Source of the DNA: Bacteroidota bacterium
GTDB taxonomy: Bacteria; Bacteroidota; Bacteroidia; CAILMK01; JAAYUY01
NCBI GenBank assembly: GCA_018698135.1
Contig: JABINZ010000192.1
Coordinates: forward strand, 3,237-67,236
Direction: 5' to 3'
DNA length: 64,000 bases
Position 1 is the first letter of the stretch. The number at the start of each line of letters is the position of its first letter. Below the pieces are notes generated by a model, which worked only from the letters and a program-made list of their open reading frames with translations, did not search any database and was not told where the DNA came from. Shown here one piece after another: positions 28,189 to 37,331 of the stretch. Made by a program: the position numbers and the translations under genes.

Positions 28189-28752
28189 CTACAAAAACCG
28201 CTTCTGCATTTTGCTCTTCTGGTGCATTTCCTCCGCACCACTGATCTTCTTAAGATGAGATTTGGGAATTGTCATCGCTAAGTTTTGTCCAATAACCTCT
28301 ACATGTATTATAAACTTATGATGCCCCTGTGCTTCAGCTAAATTCCCAATTAATCCCTCAAGTGGTCCTCGAATAATTTGAACTGCATCTCCAAGTTTGT
28401 ATTCCTGCGTATTCACTTCAATTTCAATATCAGATTCTAACATTTTTTTTACGGCTAAAATCTGTCGTTCAGGAATTGGTTCGGGAAATCTTCCAAGCCT
28501 GACAAAAGAGACAATTCCTTCTGTATTTAGAACATCATAGTAATCATCCATTCCAATTTTAATAAATATATAGGACTTGAATACAGCTTCTTCAACCCAT
28601 TTTTTGCGATCACTCCATTGTTTCAGAATTTTGTGAATCGCCAGATAATGCTCTACCCCTTTTTCAGTAAGCTTCTCACTAACTTTCTTTTCGCCTCTTG
28701 ATTTTGTATATGCTGCATACCACTTGGGTTCCTTATCAATAATAGTTGCCAT
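28189..28752 (-). CDS. UpxY-family (NusG-like) transcription antiterminator
   Basis: 187 aa; NGN-like N-terminus (WYAAYTKSRGEKKVSEKL...), KOW-like C-terminus (KLGDAVQIIRGPLEGLIGNLAE...); family typically leads Bacteroidota polysaccharide loci. Confidence 0.7.
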   Translation of the reverse strand: MATIIDKEPKWYAAYTKSRGEKKVSEKLTEKGVEHYLAIHKILKQWSDRKKWVEEAVFKSYIFIKIGMDDYYDVLNTEGIVSFVRLGRFPEPIPERQILAVKKMLESDIEIEVNTQEYKLGDAVQIIRGPLEGLIGNLAEAQGHHKFIIHVEVIGQNLAMTIPKSHLKKISGAEEMHQKSKMQKRFL

Positions 28753-28779
28753 TTCTTACATGATAATTTAGTCTTTTGT

Positions 28780-30810
28780 CTAAATCAACTCTTTTAATCC
28801 TTTTGCTGTTTCCTCAAAACTGAATTTCGGTTCATAGTTAAAATCTCGTTTTGCAGCATCAATTTTACCAGCAATATCGTAATGAAACTTGCCAGCAGCG
28901 TGAATAGTTGGATGCAAGAATCCAAATAATCCCAACATACTATCAGCAAGGCTAAACATGCTGCACATCCAATTCGGGAGATGAATTGGCTTATAATCTG
29001 TTCCTAAACTTTTGGCTATGGTTTGATAAATATCGTCAACACTCATCGTGTGTTCATTCCCAGCAATCCAATACCACTTGCCATAGGTGTTTTCTTTTTT
29101 TTCAGCTTTGAAAAAAGCTTGAACAATATCATCTACATGGGATGTAGAACGAAAATTCCTTCCATTTCCAAATACCAATTGTTTTGGCCAGCTAAACATC
29201 CCCAGAAAATTCAATTGTCGCGGGGGTGCAAATGGCCCGAAAAACCAGAACCCTCGCATGGATGTTCCATCAACAAATCCTTTCTTTGTTTGATCCAATA
29301 AATACTTTTCGCCCAGATATTTACTTTTTCCATAATTCTTGTAGGGCGATGCTATATTGTATTCATCAAATATCCTTTTCTTTTTCGTGCCATGACCACA
29401 AACTGAATCAGTAGACATGTAAATAATTCTTCGAATGTTTTTTTCTATGCAAGCATCCACCAAATTTTGGGTTCCTTTTTCATTAACCTGATATAGCACT
29501 TTGATCTTGGATGGATAAATAGCACCAGCTATATGAAATACGCTTGTCACGCCATCCAATGCATCCGAAATATCTTTTTTATTAGTAATATCACCATACA
29601 CTATCTCATAGTTCGATGGTAAATCCAACAAATCACTGTGTGATTTTTGAACTAATAGCCTAACGGCACGGTTGGACTGAAACTCACCATCAATATCTCC
29701 ATTGATCATGATGTCGATCATACGATTGGCCAACCAACCTGGAGCACCTGTTATTAACAGTTTTCCCTCTTCTTTTGACACATTTGCATTCTCCTTAAGC
29801 TTCATTCCCAGCTTAGTTGTGCCTGTAATTCGTTTGTTTGCTTCATGTACAGCATCCGAAATCAATTCTTTTGTAGGAATTATTTTATAATCCAAATCTT
29901 GTACTGCTTTAGAACTATCATACCATGAAAAGTTCCCAAAAACACTCTTTGCATAAGATGCTTCAAGTATGGGTTGCATGCCAAATAGTTTAAAAATAGG
30001 AGCAGTCATTCGAGCACCCAAAACAATTAACCATTTTGGTATTTTAATAACAGGTTTTGAAAAAAGACTATAATCTGATAATGTATCATAAAACTCTTTG
30101 AAAGTAACGTTTGAACCACCCAGAATATATTTCCCTTGTTTCTCACCTCGTTCAAAAAGATTAACCTGAGCTTTGGCAATTTCTGTAACTGATGCCAACG
30201 ATATACCTCCGGAAAAATAGAATGGTTGACCCTTTGAAACATAATCAGTAATGATTTTATGAGGGGGAGTCATCTTAGGATCATTTGGACCGATTACCCA
30301 AGATGGATAAACTCTCCTGATGTCAGCATTTTTCTCCTGAATCAATGATTCAACAAAATCTTCTGCTATCAGTTTTCCGTTTACATACGGACTTTCAATG
30401 AATTTTGTACGATCATTCTCGGTGATAAGAACATCCTTATTTTCACTTCTACCTAAAACGACCACAGAACTTGTATAAATTAGAATAGGAACCTTCTGCT
30501 CCAAGCAGGAATTGAAAAAGACCTCTGTAATTCCAGCTGTGTTCTGAATGATCCGGTCTTCATTTGATCGACTGGTCGTGTTTTCTGCTGCTAAATGAAA
30601 AACTGCATCAATATGAGTAAGTTGATTGGCATATGATTCAGGATTAAGTAAATCGCAATTATGTGTTTTTGCGCCTAATTTTTTGAGTTTAAATACATTT
30701 AAGTTTTCTCTCCTGATCAGAATTGTTGTATCATATCCCCTGCTCAATAATTCTTTAGCAACATGAAATCCAATATGCCCCGATGCCCCTGTTACAACAA
30801 CTTTTTTCAT
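28780..30810 (-). CDS. Tandem-SDR fusion protein: two complete NAD(P)-dependent epimerase/dehydratase (extended SDR) domains in one polypeptide
   Basis: 676 aa; domain 1 Rossmann VVVTGASGHIGFHV with YVNGK (YxxxK); domain 2 Rossmann LLITGAPGWLANRM with YGKSK (YxxxK); each ~330 aa. Confidence 0.75.
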   Translation of the reverse strand: MKKVVVTGASGHIGFHVAKELLSRGYDTTILIRRENLNVFKLKKLGAKTHNCDLLNPESYANQLTHIDAVFHLAAENTTSRSNEDRIIQNTAGITEVFFNSCLEQKVPILIYTSSVVVLGRSENKDVLITENDRTKFIESPYVNGKLIAEDFVESLIQEKNADIRRVYPSWVIGPNDPKMTPPHKIITDYVSKGQPFYFSGGISLASVTEIAKAQVNLFERGEKQGKYILGGSNVTFKEFYDTLSDYSLFSKPVIKIPKWLIVLGARMTAPIFKLFGMQPILEASYAKSVFGNFSWYDSSKAVQDLDYKIIPTKELISDAVHEANKRITGTTKLGMKLKENANVSKEEGKLLITGAPGWLANRMIDIMINGDIDGEFQSNRAVRLLVQKSHSDLLDLPSNYEIVYGDITNKKDISDALDGVTSVFHIAGAIYPSKIKVLYQVNEKGTQNLVDACIEKNIRRIIYMSTDSVCGHGTKKKRIFDEYNIASPYKNYGKSKYLGEKYLLDQTKKGFVDGTSMRGFWFFGPFAPPRQLNFLGMFSWPKQLVFGNGRNFRSTSHVDDIVQAFFKAEKKENTYGKWYWIAGNEHTMSVDDIYQTIAKSLGTDYKPIHLPNWMCSMFSLADSMLGLFGFLHPTIHAAGKFHYDIAGKIDAAKRDFNYEPKFSFEETAKGLKELI

Positions 30811-30831
30811 TCTGTATTAATTTGCTTTTGC

Positions 30832-31611
30832 TTATAAATATTTTGCGCTAAATCCTAATCGCTTCCTGAAATAATAGAGTAACACTAAAACAGCATTTTT
30901 AATTGCTCCCTTAGAAACACTTTTTGAAGGTGCGCGGTAATGAATAGGAACTTCCTGATAGCGTTTTTTGCGTAATAAATAACGCATTTCTGTTTGGTAA
31001 AAATGTGCTTTTGACTTAAAAGGATAATCAATGATTTGCTTAACAATTTCACGATGAAATGCTTGAAAGCCAGAAGTCATGTCATACATGCGAGTGCCTA
31101 ATAACAGGTTTGTCATCCGGGTTCCATTTTTTGAAAGTAAACGCCTGAAAAGTGGTGAATCGGCCATAGAGCCACCATTGTTGAAACGGCTGCCAAATGC
31201 ACATTCATTGCCTTCGTTTAAAACGCGTATAAACATATTGATAGCCCTTGGATCGTGTGATAATCCTGCATCCATTTCAATAATAATATCATGATTATGA
31301 TTGTAAGCTTCACGCAAACCACGCATGTAGGCATCCACTACATTTCTATTCTCAGGAGCCCAAACGGTTTTAAATCGTTTGTCTTTGGCTTCTAATTCCT
31401 GGCTCATTACCAAAGTTTTATCCTTTGAAACATTATCAATTACAAAATAGGCTGTTCCCTGACCCAATTTATCAAACACTTTTTTGACAAGAGTCACGAA
31501 CTCGTCAAAGCCCTCTTCCTCGTTAGCCATAGGAACCGTGATTGCAAAATCATTATCGTAATAGTTCATGCTATTAATTTTAAGCAATGCAAAAGTACCA
31601 AAAGCAATCAT
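30832..31611 (-). CDS. Glycosyltransferase family 2, polyprenol-phosphate sugar transferase (DPM1/GtrB-like) type
   Basis: 259 aa; GT-A fold, DxD-region IIIEMDAGLSHDP, DPM1-like blocks; no C-terminal TM helices. Confidence 0.75.
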   Translation of the reverse strand: MIAFGTFALLKINSMNYYDNDFAITVPMANEEEGFDEFVTLVKKVFDKLGQGTAYFVIDNVSKDKTLVMSQELEAKDKRFKTVWAPENRNVVDAYMRGLREAYNHNHDIIIEMDAGLSHDPRAINMFIRVLNEGNECAFGSRFNNGGSMADSPLFRRLLSKNGTRMTNLLLGTRMYDMTSGFQAFHREIVKQIIDYPFKSKAHFYQTEMRYLLRKKRYQEVPIHYRAPSKSVSKGAIKNAVLVLLYYFRKRLGFSAKYL

Positions 31612-31708
31612 TTTTTGTCCATGCTTTTACATCTTGATTTGTTGTGCAACATTCAATGATTAATATAGTGCTATATGTATATTCTTAAATAATCTATAAA
31701 TTCGCAAC

Positions 31709-32398
31709 ATGCTAAGACCATTTGAAGATCAGTTCATCGATATTCATACTCATCGAAAAAGTTGCAGGAACTTTGTTTTCATTCTTCGTAATGTATTTGC
31801 GGAAGAAATGGATAATGATTTACTTGCCAAACAAGATACATACTCATTGGGGCTTCATCCCTGGCACATCAAATATGGAAATCTTGAAAGTCAATTCAGA
31901 CGATTAACCCAATTTGCAAAATACCCCAAAGTATTGGCAATCGGAGAAAGTGGCCTTGACAAAAAAATTGAAACTCCTTTAGCTGAGCAAATCGAAGTAT
32001 TAAAAGCACATATAACAATCTCTGAAAAACTGAAGAAACCACTTATCATACATAATGTTAAATCCACTAATGAATTATTAAGAATTCGACAAGAAAGTAA
32101 AGCCAATATCCCTTGGATTTTTCATGGTTTTAGTGGTGATTTTGAAAAAGCTACTAAAATTTTTGATGCCGGCTGCTATATATCTATCGGTCATTTATTA
32201 ATGAATAAAAACAGTAAAACATTTAAAGAATTTCAAAAATTCCCTTTGGATAAATTGTTTTTCGAAACAGATGACAAATCATTTACAGTTATTGAACTTT
32301 ATCAATTAGCTGCCGATTTTAAAGATTGCTATGTCGAAAAAATAAAAGAACAGATCTTTGCGAATTATAAAAGACTGTTTGATGAGCTCACAATTTGA
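31709..32398 (+). CDS. TatD-related metal-dependent hydrolase/DNase
   Basis: 229 aa; IDIHTH metal-binding start, GESGLD, IHN...F and HGFSG blocks of the TatD/amidohydrolase TIM barrel. Confidence 0.65.
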   Translation: MLRPFEDQFIDIHTHRKSCRNFVFILRNVFAEEMDNDLLAKQDTYSLGLHPWHIKYGNLESQFRRLTQFAKYPKVLAIGESGLDKKIETPLAEQIEVLKAHITISEKLKKPLIIHNVKSTNELLRIRQESKANIPWIFHGFSGDFEKATKIFDAGCYISIGHLLMNKNSKTFKEFQKFPLDKLFFETDDKSFTVIELYQLAADFKDCYVEKIKEQIFANYKRLFDELTI

Positions 32399-33113
32399 AA
32401 ACCACTGGCAATCGCGAACCAAATTATTATTGGGTGAAGAAAAACTAAATCGCTTAAATCAGGCGCATGTGTTAGTTATTGGCTTGGGTGGGGTTGGTGC
32501 AACTGCTACCGAACAATTGGTACGGGCAGGAATTGGTGAACTTACAATTGCTGATAGCGATCAAGTGAGTTTAAGTAATATAAACCGCCAACTTCCGGCA
32601 TTGCATTCAACAATTGGGATGGATAAAACGGAAGTTATCGCTAACCGATTAAAAGATATAAATCCTGATTTAAAATTGAATATTGTAAACACTTACCTGA
32701 AGGATGAAAACTTAACAGATCTTGTTTCAAAACCATACGATTATATTGTGGATGCAATAGACACACTTTCGCCCAAAGTTTTTCTTCTTTTTCATGCCAT
32801 GAATAATAAGCAAAGGCTTGTAAGTGCTATGGGGGCAGGTGCTAAACTCGATCCGACAAAAATACATATTGCTGATATTGCTGACACACACACTTGTAAT
32901 TTGGCCATTCATGTTCGGAAAAGACTAAGGAAACTAAATATTACCAGCGGTTTTAAGGCCGTTTATTCCTCAGAAAAAGTCATTAAAGAAGCATTGATTT
33001 ATGTCGAAAATGAACAAAATAAAAAAACCAATGTGGGTACAATTTCTTATATGCCTGCTATTTTTGGGAACTATTGTGCATCAGTAGTAATTAATGACTT
33101 AATAAAAGAATAA
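32382..33113 (+). CDS. tcdA: tRNA threonylcarbamoyladenosine dehydratase TcdA/CsdL (ThiF/MoeB/HesA E1-like), start placed at the internal Met 'MSSQFENHW'
   Basis: Rossmann VLVIGLGGVGATATEQLVRAGIGELTIADSDQVSLSNINRQ typical of TcdA; overlaps the tatD stop. Confidence 0.8.
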   Translation: MSSQFENHWQSRTKLLLGEEKLNRLNQAHVLVIGLGGVGATATEQLVRAGIGELTIADSDQVSLSNINRQLPALHSTIGMDKTEVIANRLKDINPDLKLNIVNTYLKDENLTDLVSKPYDYIVDAIDTLSPKVFLLFHAMNNKQRLVSAMGAGAKLDPTKIHIADIADTHTCNLAIHVRKRLRKLNITSGFKAVYSSEKVIKEALIYVENEQNKKTNVGTISYMPAIFGNYCASVVINDLIKE

Positions 33114-33114
33114 G

Positions 33115-33867
33115 ATGAACAAATTAGTATTGATAATTGCATTGGTAGCATCTACAGTTTATACATACGCTCAGGAACTAATTACAGATCGACCAGATCA
33201 AACTGAATCGGCTCAGGTTGTGCCTTTACATAGTTTGCAAATAGAATCAGGATATGTCTTTGAAACAAAAATTCAGCTTGGAGAAAAAACAATTACCGCA
33301 AACTCTACACTTTTGAGGTATGGAATTATTAAGGATTTTGAATTAAGACTTGGCGTTGATTATTCTATATACACGCCCAAAACAGGAGCTGCAAAATTGA
33401 AAGGTTTTAATCCTATTTATGTTGGTTTTAAGCTTGAATTTACGAATGAGGATGGAGTATTTCCCGGTATTGCTTTACTAGGAGGTTTAGGAATTCCCAA
33501 AATTGCAAGCGAAGATTTTAAAACAGATAGAATAGCACCAGACCTAAGGTTAGCATTTTCGCATACATTCTCAGAAAAGCTTTCGTTAGGTTATAATGTA
33601 GCGATTGAATGGGATGGAAATCATAATATGCCCGTGGGAGTTTATACCGTAGCATTAGGATTAGGACTTACAGAAAAGTTTGGATGCTATATTGAAGCAT
33701 TTGGAGATATTTGGAATAAGGAAGGTGTCCAACAATTAGCTGATGGAGGATTAACTTTCCTACTATATGACAATTTACAAATAGATGCTTCTGCAGGAAT
33801 TGGATTAAATGACATGGCAACAGACTACTATTTATCCGCAGGATTGAGTTGGCGAATTCCAAGATAA
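33115..33867 (+). CDS. Outer-membrane beta-barrel 'transporter' (MetA-pathway phenol-degradation-like OMP family)
   Basis: 250 aa; signal peptide then ITDRPDQTES...LQIESGY, characteristic of that OMP family; C-terminal aromatic barrel end. Confidence 0.6.
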   Translation: MNKLVLIIALVASTVYTYAQELITDRPDQTESAQVVPLHSLQIESGYVFETKIQLGEKTITANSTLLRYGIIKDFELRLGVDYSIYTPKTGAAKLKGFNPIYVGFKLEFTNEDGVFPGIALLGGLGIPKIASEDFKTDRIAPDLRLAFSHTFSEKLSLGYNVAIEWDGNHNMPVGVYTVALGLGLTEKFGCYIEAFGDIWNKEGVQQLADGGLTFLLYDNLQIDASAGIGLNDMATDYYLSAGLSWRIPR

Positions 33868-33908
33868 ATTATTGTTGCTCGTCCTATCTTGAGCCAGAAT
33901 ATTGAAAA

Positions 33909-34934
33909 TTAATTAATAGAAGCCAAATCTTCATACCAGCTATGAATGAGTTTTATTTCGTCTTTTCCAACTAACTCCATATCTACCAAAGCTTGGTAGC
34001 ATTTTATAACATTATCGCTTAAATATTGTTCTCCCGATTTGATATCTAAATCTTCCAATGTTTTAACAATCCTATCGTTGTTTAAATAACCTGGAATTTC
34101 ATCTTCAAAATCCTTCATTAAATTATGCTCGTTTCGATCTTGCCACACGGTAGAGTTATGAAAAAGTAAATGCCAATTGTTTTCCCACAAAATGCGTTGA
34201 GCAATAAAACTTCGCCAAATGTCGGTCATACGAAAACTACAGTAGGATGGCAAATACATCAATGGAAATGCCTCTTTAAACCAAGTAGTGTTCTGACTAT
34301 TAAACGGACACCAACTTCCCTTTCCTAAAGCTAAATTAAAATCCTTTTCAAAACTTACAGGCAAAGGATATGATAAACGAAACATGGCATCTACATCCGG
34401 ATTTTCATCAGCTAAACCTTGCTGTATGGGTGAAATAATGTCTTTTATGGGGAAAGAATCCTTAGCCGGTTGAATCTGTTGCAAATGCTCCAATGAAAAA
34501 CCACGTGGCCAAATGAATTTATCTGTAAAATAGGTGTAGGTATTCAACCAATAATCACCTTCCGAAACAGCTGATTTTTGCTGAATGTTTCGATCTGCCC
34601 AAAAAGAAGCTCGTGGAAAGTTGTCATCATCTGTTTCCAGCATCAATTCAGCACCATTTTGAATAGCCAATAAATAACCAATATTTTTACGACCATAATG
34701 ACGGGTTGGAACTTCTTTGGCAAACTTGAATTTCAGTTTTAATTGCTCCTCGTAAGAATAAAAATCACATCCATTCAGTTCAAATTTGTCAGGCGACTTT
34801 GTATCACCAATTACTATAAAGTCAACATTGTTTTTCAAGCTACCTTCAGCCAGACTTTTCATCACAGGATTAGGAGCAGAAATTGACGTTATTATCAGGG
34901 CTGTTTTTTCCATTACATCAGATTTTGCGAGCAA
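33909..34934 (-). CDS. Hypothetical protein, possibly a DUF288/STELLO-like glycosyltransferase
   Basis: 341 aa, no signal peptide; acidic DDD-containing block (MLETDDDNF); the assignment is a weak resemblance only. Confidence 0.35.
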   Translation of the reverse strand: MLAKSDVMEKTALIITSISAPNPVMKSLAEGSLKNNVDFIVIGDTKSPDKFELNGCDFYSYEEQLKLKFKFAKEVPTRHYGRKNIGYLLAIQNGAELMLETDDDNFPRASFWADRNIQQKSAVSEGDYWLNTYTYFTDKFIWPRGFSLEHLQQIQPAKDSFPIKDIISPIQQGLADENPDVDAMFRLSYPLPVSFEKDFNLALGKGSWCPFNSQNTTWFKEAFPLMYLPSYCSFRMTDIWRSFIAQRILWENNWHLLFHNSTVWQDRNEHNLMKDFEDEIPGYLNNDRIVKTLEDLDIKSGEQYLSDNVIKCYQALVDMELVGKDEIKLIHSWYEDLASIN

Positions 34935-35200
34935 AAATACAAAGCATTTGCTTATCTACCCTTTCTTAATAGAATTCAAATGATCTAGAAAACTGTTTAG
35001 AGAAAAAAGAACAAATTCATAAATAGCATTATGCGTTACATATTTATAAAACTATTACATAAATTTGAGAATTCTTTATCTGATTTGGTTGACAATAAAT
35101 ATCTGTTTTTGATCAAAGCATTAAACATTCGCATTATAATTATATATCGTAGTTATTGTGAAATAAACATTCGTTAGAAACCAAGTTAGGGAACATTAAA

Positions 35201-35782
35201 ATGAAACAATTTGTACTTATATACTTGATAATCACATTTTGGCATATTTCCTATGCTGATTCATGGGAAGAACCAAAAACGAAAGTCTATTATAGTTCAG
35301 ACAGCTCATATTATGTGTGTATAATACCTGGTAAACTTATTAAAGAAAGCTTAGAAAATTATAGAGATTCTATGGATTTAGATATTCTTGAATTTGAACC
35401 GTGTATTGCAAAAATGTACACAAGAAGTTTGATAGGAGATAGTTTAGTTTGGGAAAAGCAATTATTGAATAAAATATCTCCTATTTCTGCTCATGTTTCA
35501 AATAATGGGAAATATCTTGTTACAATAGATAATTGGTATTACTCAGGATTTGGTGATGAGATTATTGTGATCTATGATAGTTTTGGAACACAACTTTTAA
35601 ATTTATCACTTGAAAACATATCACCATATTCGCTTGATAATTTTGAAAGAACATCAACTTCAATATTATGGAATTGTGGAATAGAACTAATTGGGAATAA
35701 TATCCTTTCGATTTGTTTCGTTTATGGAAAATTAGAAAAAACAATTCCAGTTCAAATTGATTTGGATGCAATGTTTAAATAA
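35201..35782 (+). CDS. Hypothetical secreted protein
   Basis: 193 aa with N-terminal signal peptide (MKQFVLIYLIITFWHISYA); no recognisable domain. Confidence 0.4.
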   Translation: MKQFVLIYLIITFWHISYADSWEEPKTKVYYSSDSSYYVCIIPGKLIKESLENYRDSMDLDILEFEPCIAKMYTRSLIGDSLVWEKQLLNKISPISAHVSNNGKYLVTIDNWYYSGFGDEIIVIYDSFGTQLLNLSLENISPYSLDNFERTSTSILWNCGIELIGNNILSICFVYGKLEKTIPVQIDLDAMFK

Positions 35783-35809
35783 AACGTTCCCTAATAAATA
35801 GGAGTTCAC

Positions 35810-35846
35810 TTACTCGCGCGCACATTATGTGCGTGACCAAAACCAC
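35810..35846. repeat. REP-like GC-rich palindrome (actcgcgcgcacattatgtgcgtgac...), copy 1, 5' of the RAYT gene; coordinates approximate
   Basis: GC-rich imperfect palindrome in an AT-rich background; identical 26-nt core repeated at ~37243. Confidence 0.7.
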
Positions 35847-35907
35847 TAACATCCATTTTGAAACTGAAAAAACCTACACAATCACATATTTTCACTATTT
35901 TTACTTC

Positions 35908-36456
35908 ATGTCTGAAAAATATAAATTTCATAATCCCGATGGAATATATTTCGTCACATCAACAATTGTTGAATGGGTACCATTGTTTCTGAAAAAGAAA
36001 ATGTGCGATATCATTCTCAACTCATTAAAATTTTGTCAACAAGAAAAAGGATTAGTTATACATGCGTGGTGCATCATGCCAAATCATATTCATTTAATCA
36101 TTAGTAGAAAAGGGACGTATTTCTTATCTGACATTTTAAGAGATTTTAAAAGATTTACATCTATTAAGATTGCCAAAGAAATCGAATCTTCTAATTCCGA
36201 TAAAGATCAAAAAGCTTTAAAAGTTTTCAGTAAAAGGGCTGAAGAGCTGAAACGAATCAAGAAATATAAAATTTGGCAGGATGGAAATCATCCTGTTGAA
36301 TTGTATACAAATAAAATGCTTGATGATAGGTTGAACTATCTACATGAAAATCCAGTTAAAAGTAGTCTAATGTCAATTGCAGAAGACTATGCATATTCAT
36401 CAGCTAAAACTTACTGTGGAGAAAAAGGACAATTGGAAATTGAACTTATTGAATAA
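35908..36456 (+). CDS. REP-associated tyrosine transposase (RAYT; IS200/IS605-like Y1 HUH transposase); start placed at the internal Met 'MSEKYKF'
   Basis: HUH motif in IMPNHIHLI, catalytic Tyr region DYAYSSAKTY, ~180 aa; flanked by inverted GC-rich palindromes. Confidence 0.8.
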   Translation: MSEKYKFHNPDGIYFVTSTIVEWVPLFLKKKMCDIILNSLKFCQQEKGLVIHAWCIMPNHIHLIISRKGTYFLSDILRDFKRFTSIKIAKEIESSNSDKDQKALKVFSKRAEELKRIKKYKIWQDGNHPVELYTNKMLDDRLNYLHENPVKSSLMSIAEDYAYSSAKTYCGEKGQLEIELIE

Positions 36457-36470
36457 AAGTTATTGCTAAA

Positions 36471-36509
36471 TGTGTTGCACGCGCAAAATGCGCGCACTAG
36501 TATTGAGAA
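36471..36509. repeat. REP-like palindrome (tgcacgcgcaaaatgcgcgcac), related to copy 1 but in inverted orientation, 3' of the RAYT gene; coordinates approximate
   Basis: Perfect 9-bp stem gcacgcgc(a)/(t)gcgcgcac with an aaaat loop; shares the cgcgcac motif with the flanking REPs. Confidence 0.6.
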
Positions 36510-36617
36510 GAAGGATTGACACAGCGCAGATCTCAACCCCTTGGAGTCATGACAAATATTTGGAATTTTAATAACAATAGCATATATTTGTAGCATATAC
36601 TAACAAAATATACAACA

Positions 36618-36848
36618 ATGCAAAATTTATCATTAAAACTAGATGACTCAATTTTTAAAGAAACAGAAAGTTTACTGAAAAAATTTAAAGTTCCTAGAAA
36701 TCGATACATAAATGAAGCATTAGCATTCTATAATCAGATTCAGAAAAGGAAATTGTTAGAAAAACAGTTAGAAAAAGAATCGAAACTTGTAAGTAAAGAA
36801 AGCATAAATGTTTTAAGCGAATTTGAATTACTCGAAGATGCATATTAA
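36618..36848 (+). CDS. Putative antitoxin of a MazEF/PemIK-type type II TA pair
   Basis: 76 aa, small, overlaps the downstream MazF-like toxin gene; no strong motif of its own. Confidence 0.5.
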   Translation: MQNLSLKLDDSIFKETESLLKKFKVPRNRYINEALAFYNQIQKRKLLEKQLEKESKLVSKESINVLSEFELLEDAY

Positions 36849-37179
36849 GCAATTTGAGATTTGGATTGCTGACCTTAATCCTAGAATAGGAACTGAGCCA
36901 GGTAAAACACGACCAGTTGTAATTGTTCAAACTAATTTATTAAATAGCAAGCATCCTTCATCAATAATATGCCCTCTAACAACAAACATTCAAAAAGAAA
37001 GTAAAATACTGAGAGTTCATCTGAAAAAAAGAACCGCAAATCTTGATAAAGCAGCTGACATCCTTATTGATCAATTAAGAGCTATAGACAATAAAAGACT
37101 AATAAAAAGAATTGGGAGATTAACATCTAATATTGAAGAACAAATCAAAGAAAATATAAAGATTGTTCTTGATTTATAA
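36838..37179 (+). CDS. mazF: Type II toxin-antitoxin system toxin, PemK/MazF family endoribonuclease (start at the internal Met 'MHIKQFEIW')
   Basis: Characteristic MazF/PemK N-terminus (FEIWIADLNPRIGTEPGKTRPVVIVQTN...) and length ~113 aa. Confidence 0.8.
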   Translation: MHIKQFEIWIADLNPRIGTEPGKTRPVVIVQTNLLNSKHPSSIICPLTTNIQKESKILRVHLKKRTANLDKAADILIDQLRAIDNKRLIKRIGRLTSNIEEQIKENIKIVLDL

Positions 37180-37242
37180 AGAATTACTTTGACTTGCTCA
37201 TCAGCACTCAACTAGTCCCATATGAACTCAACAATTAATCCC

Positions 37243-37283
37243 TCACTCGCGCGCACATTATGTGCGTGACGAAAACCGAAAAA
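37243..37283. repeat. REP-like palindrome copy 2 (same 26-nt core actcgcgcgcacattatgtgcgtgac as at 35810), 3' of the TA pair; coordinates approximate
   Basis: Direct repeat of the 35810 copy. Confidence 0.7.
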
Positions 37284-37331
37284 CAGTGCTAACTTCTCTT
37301 AAATAGTTGAACTCAACAATTAATCTTCAAA

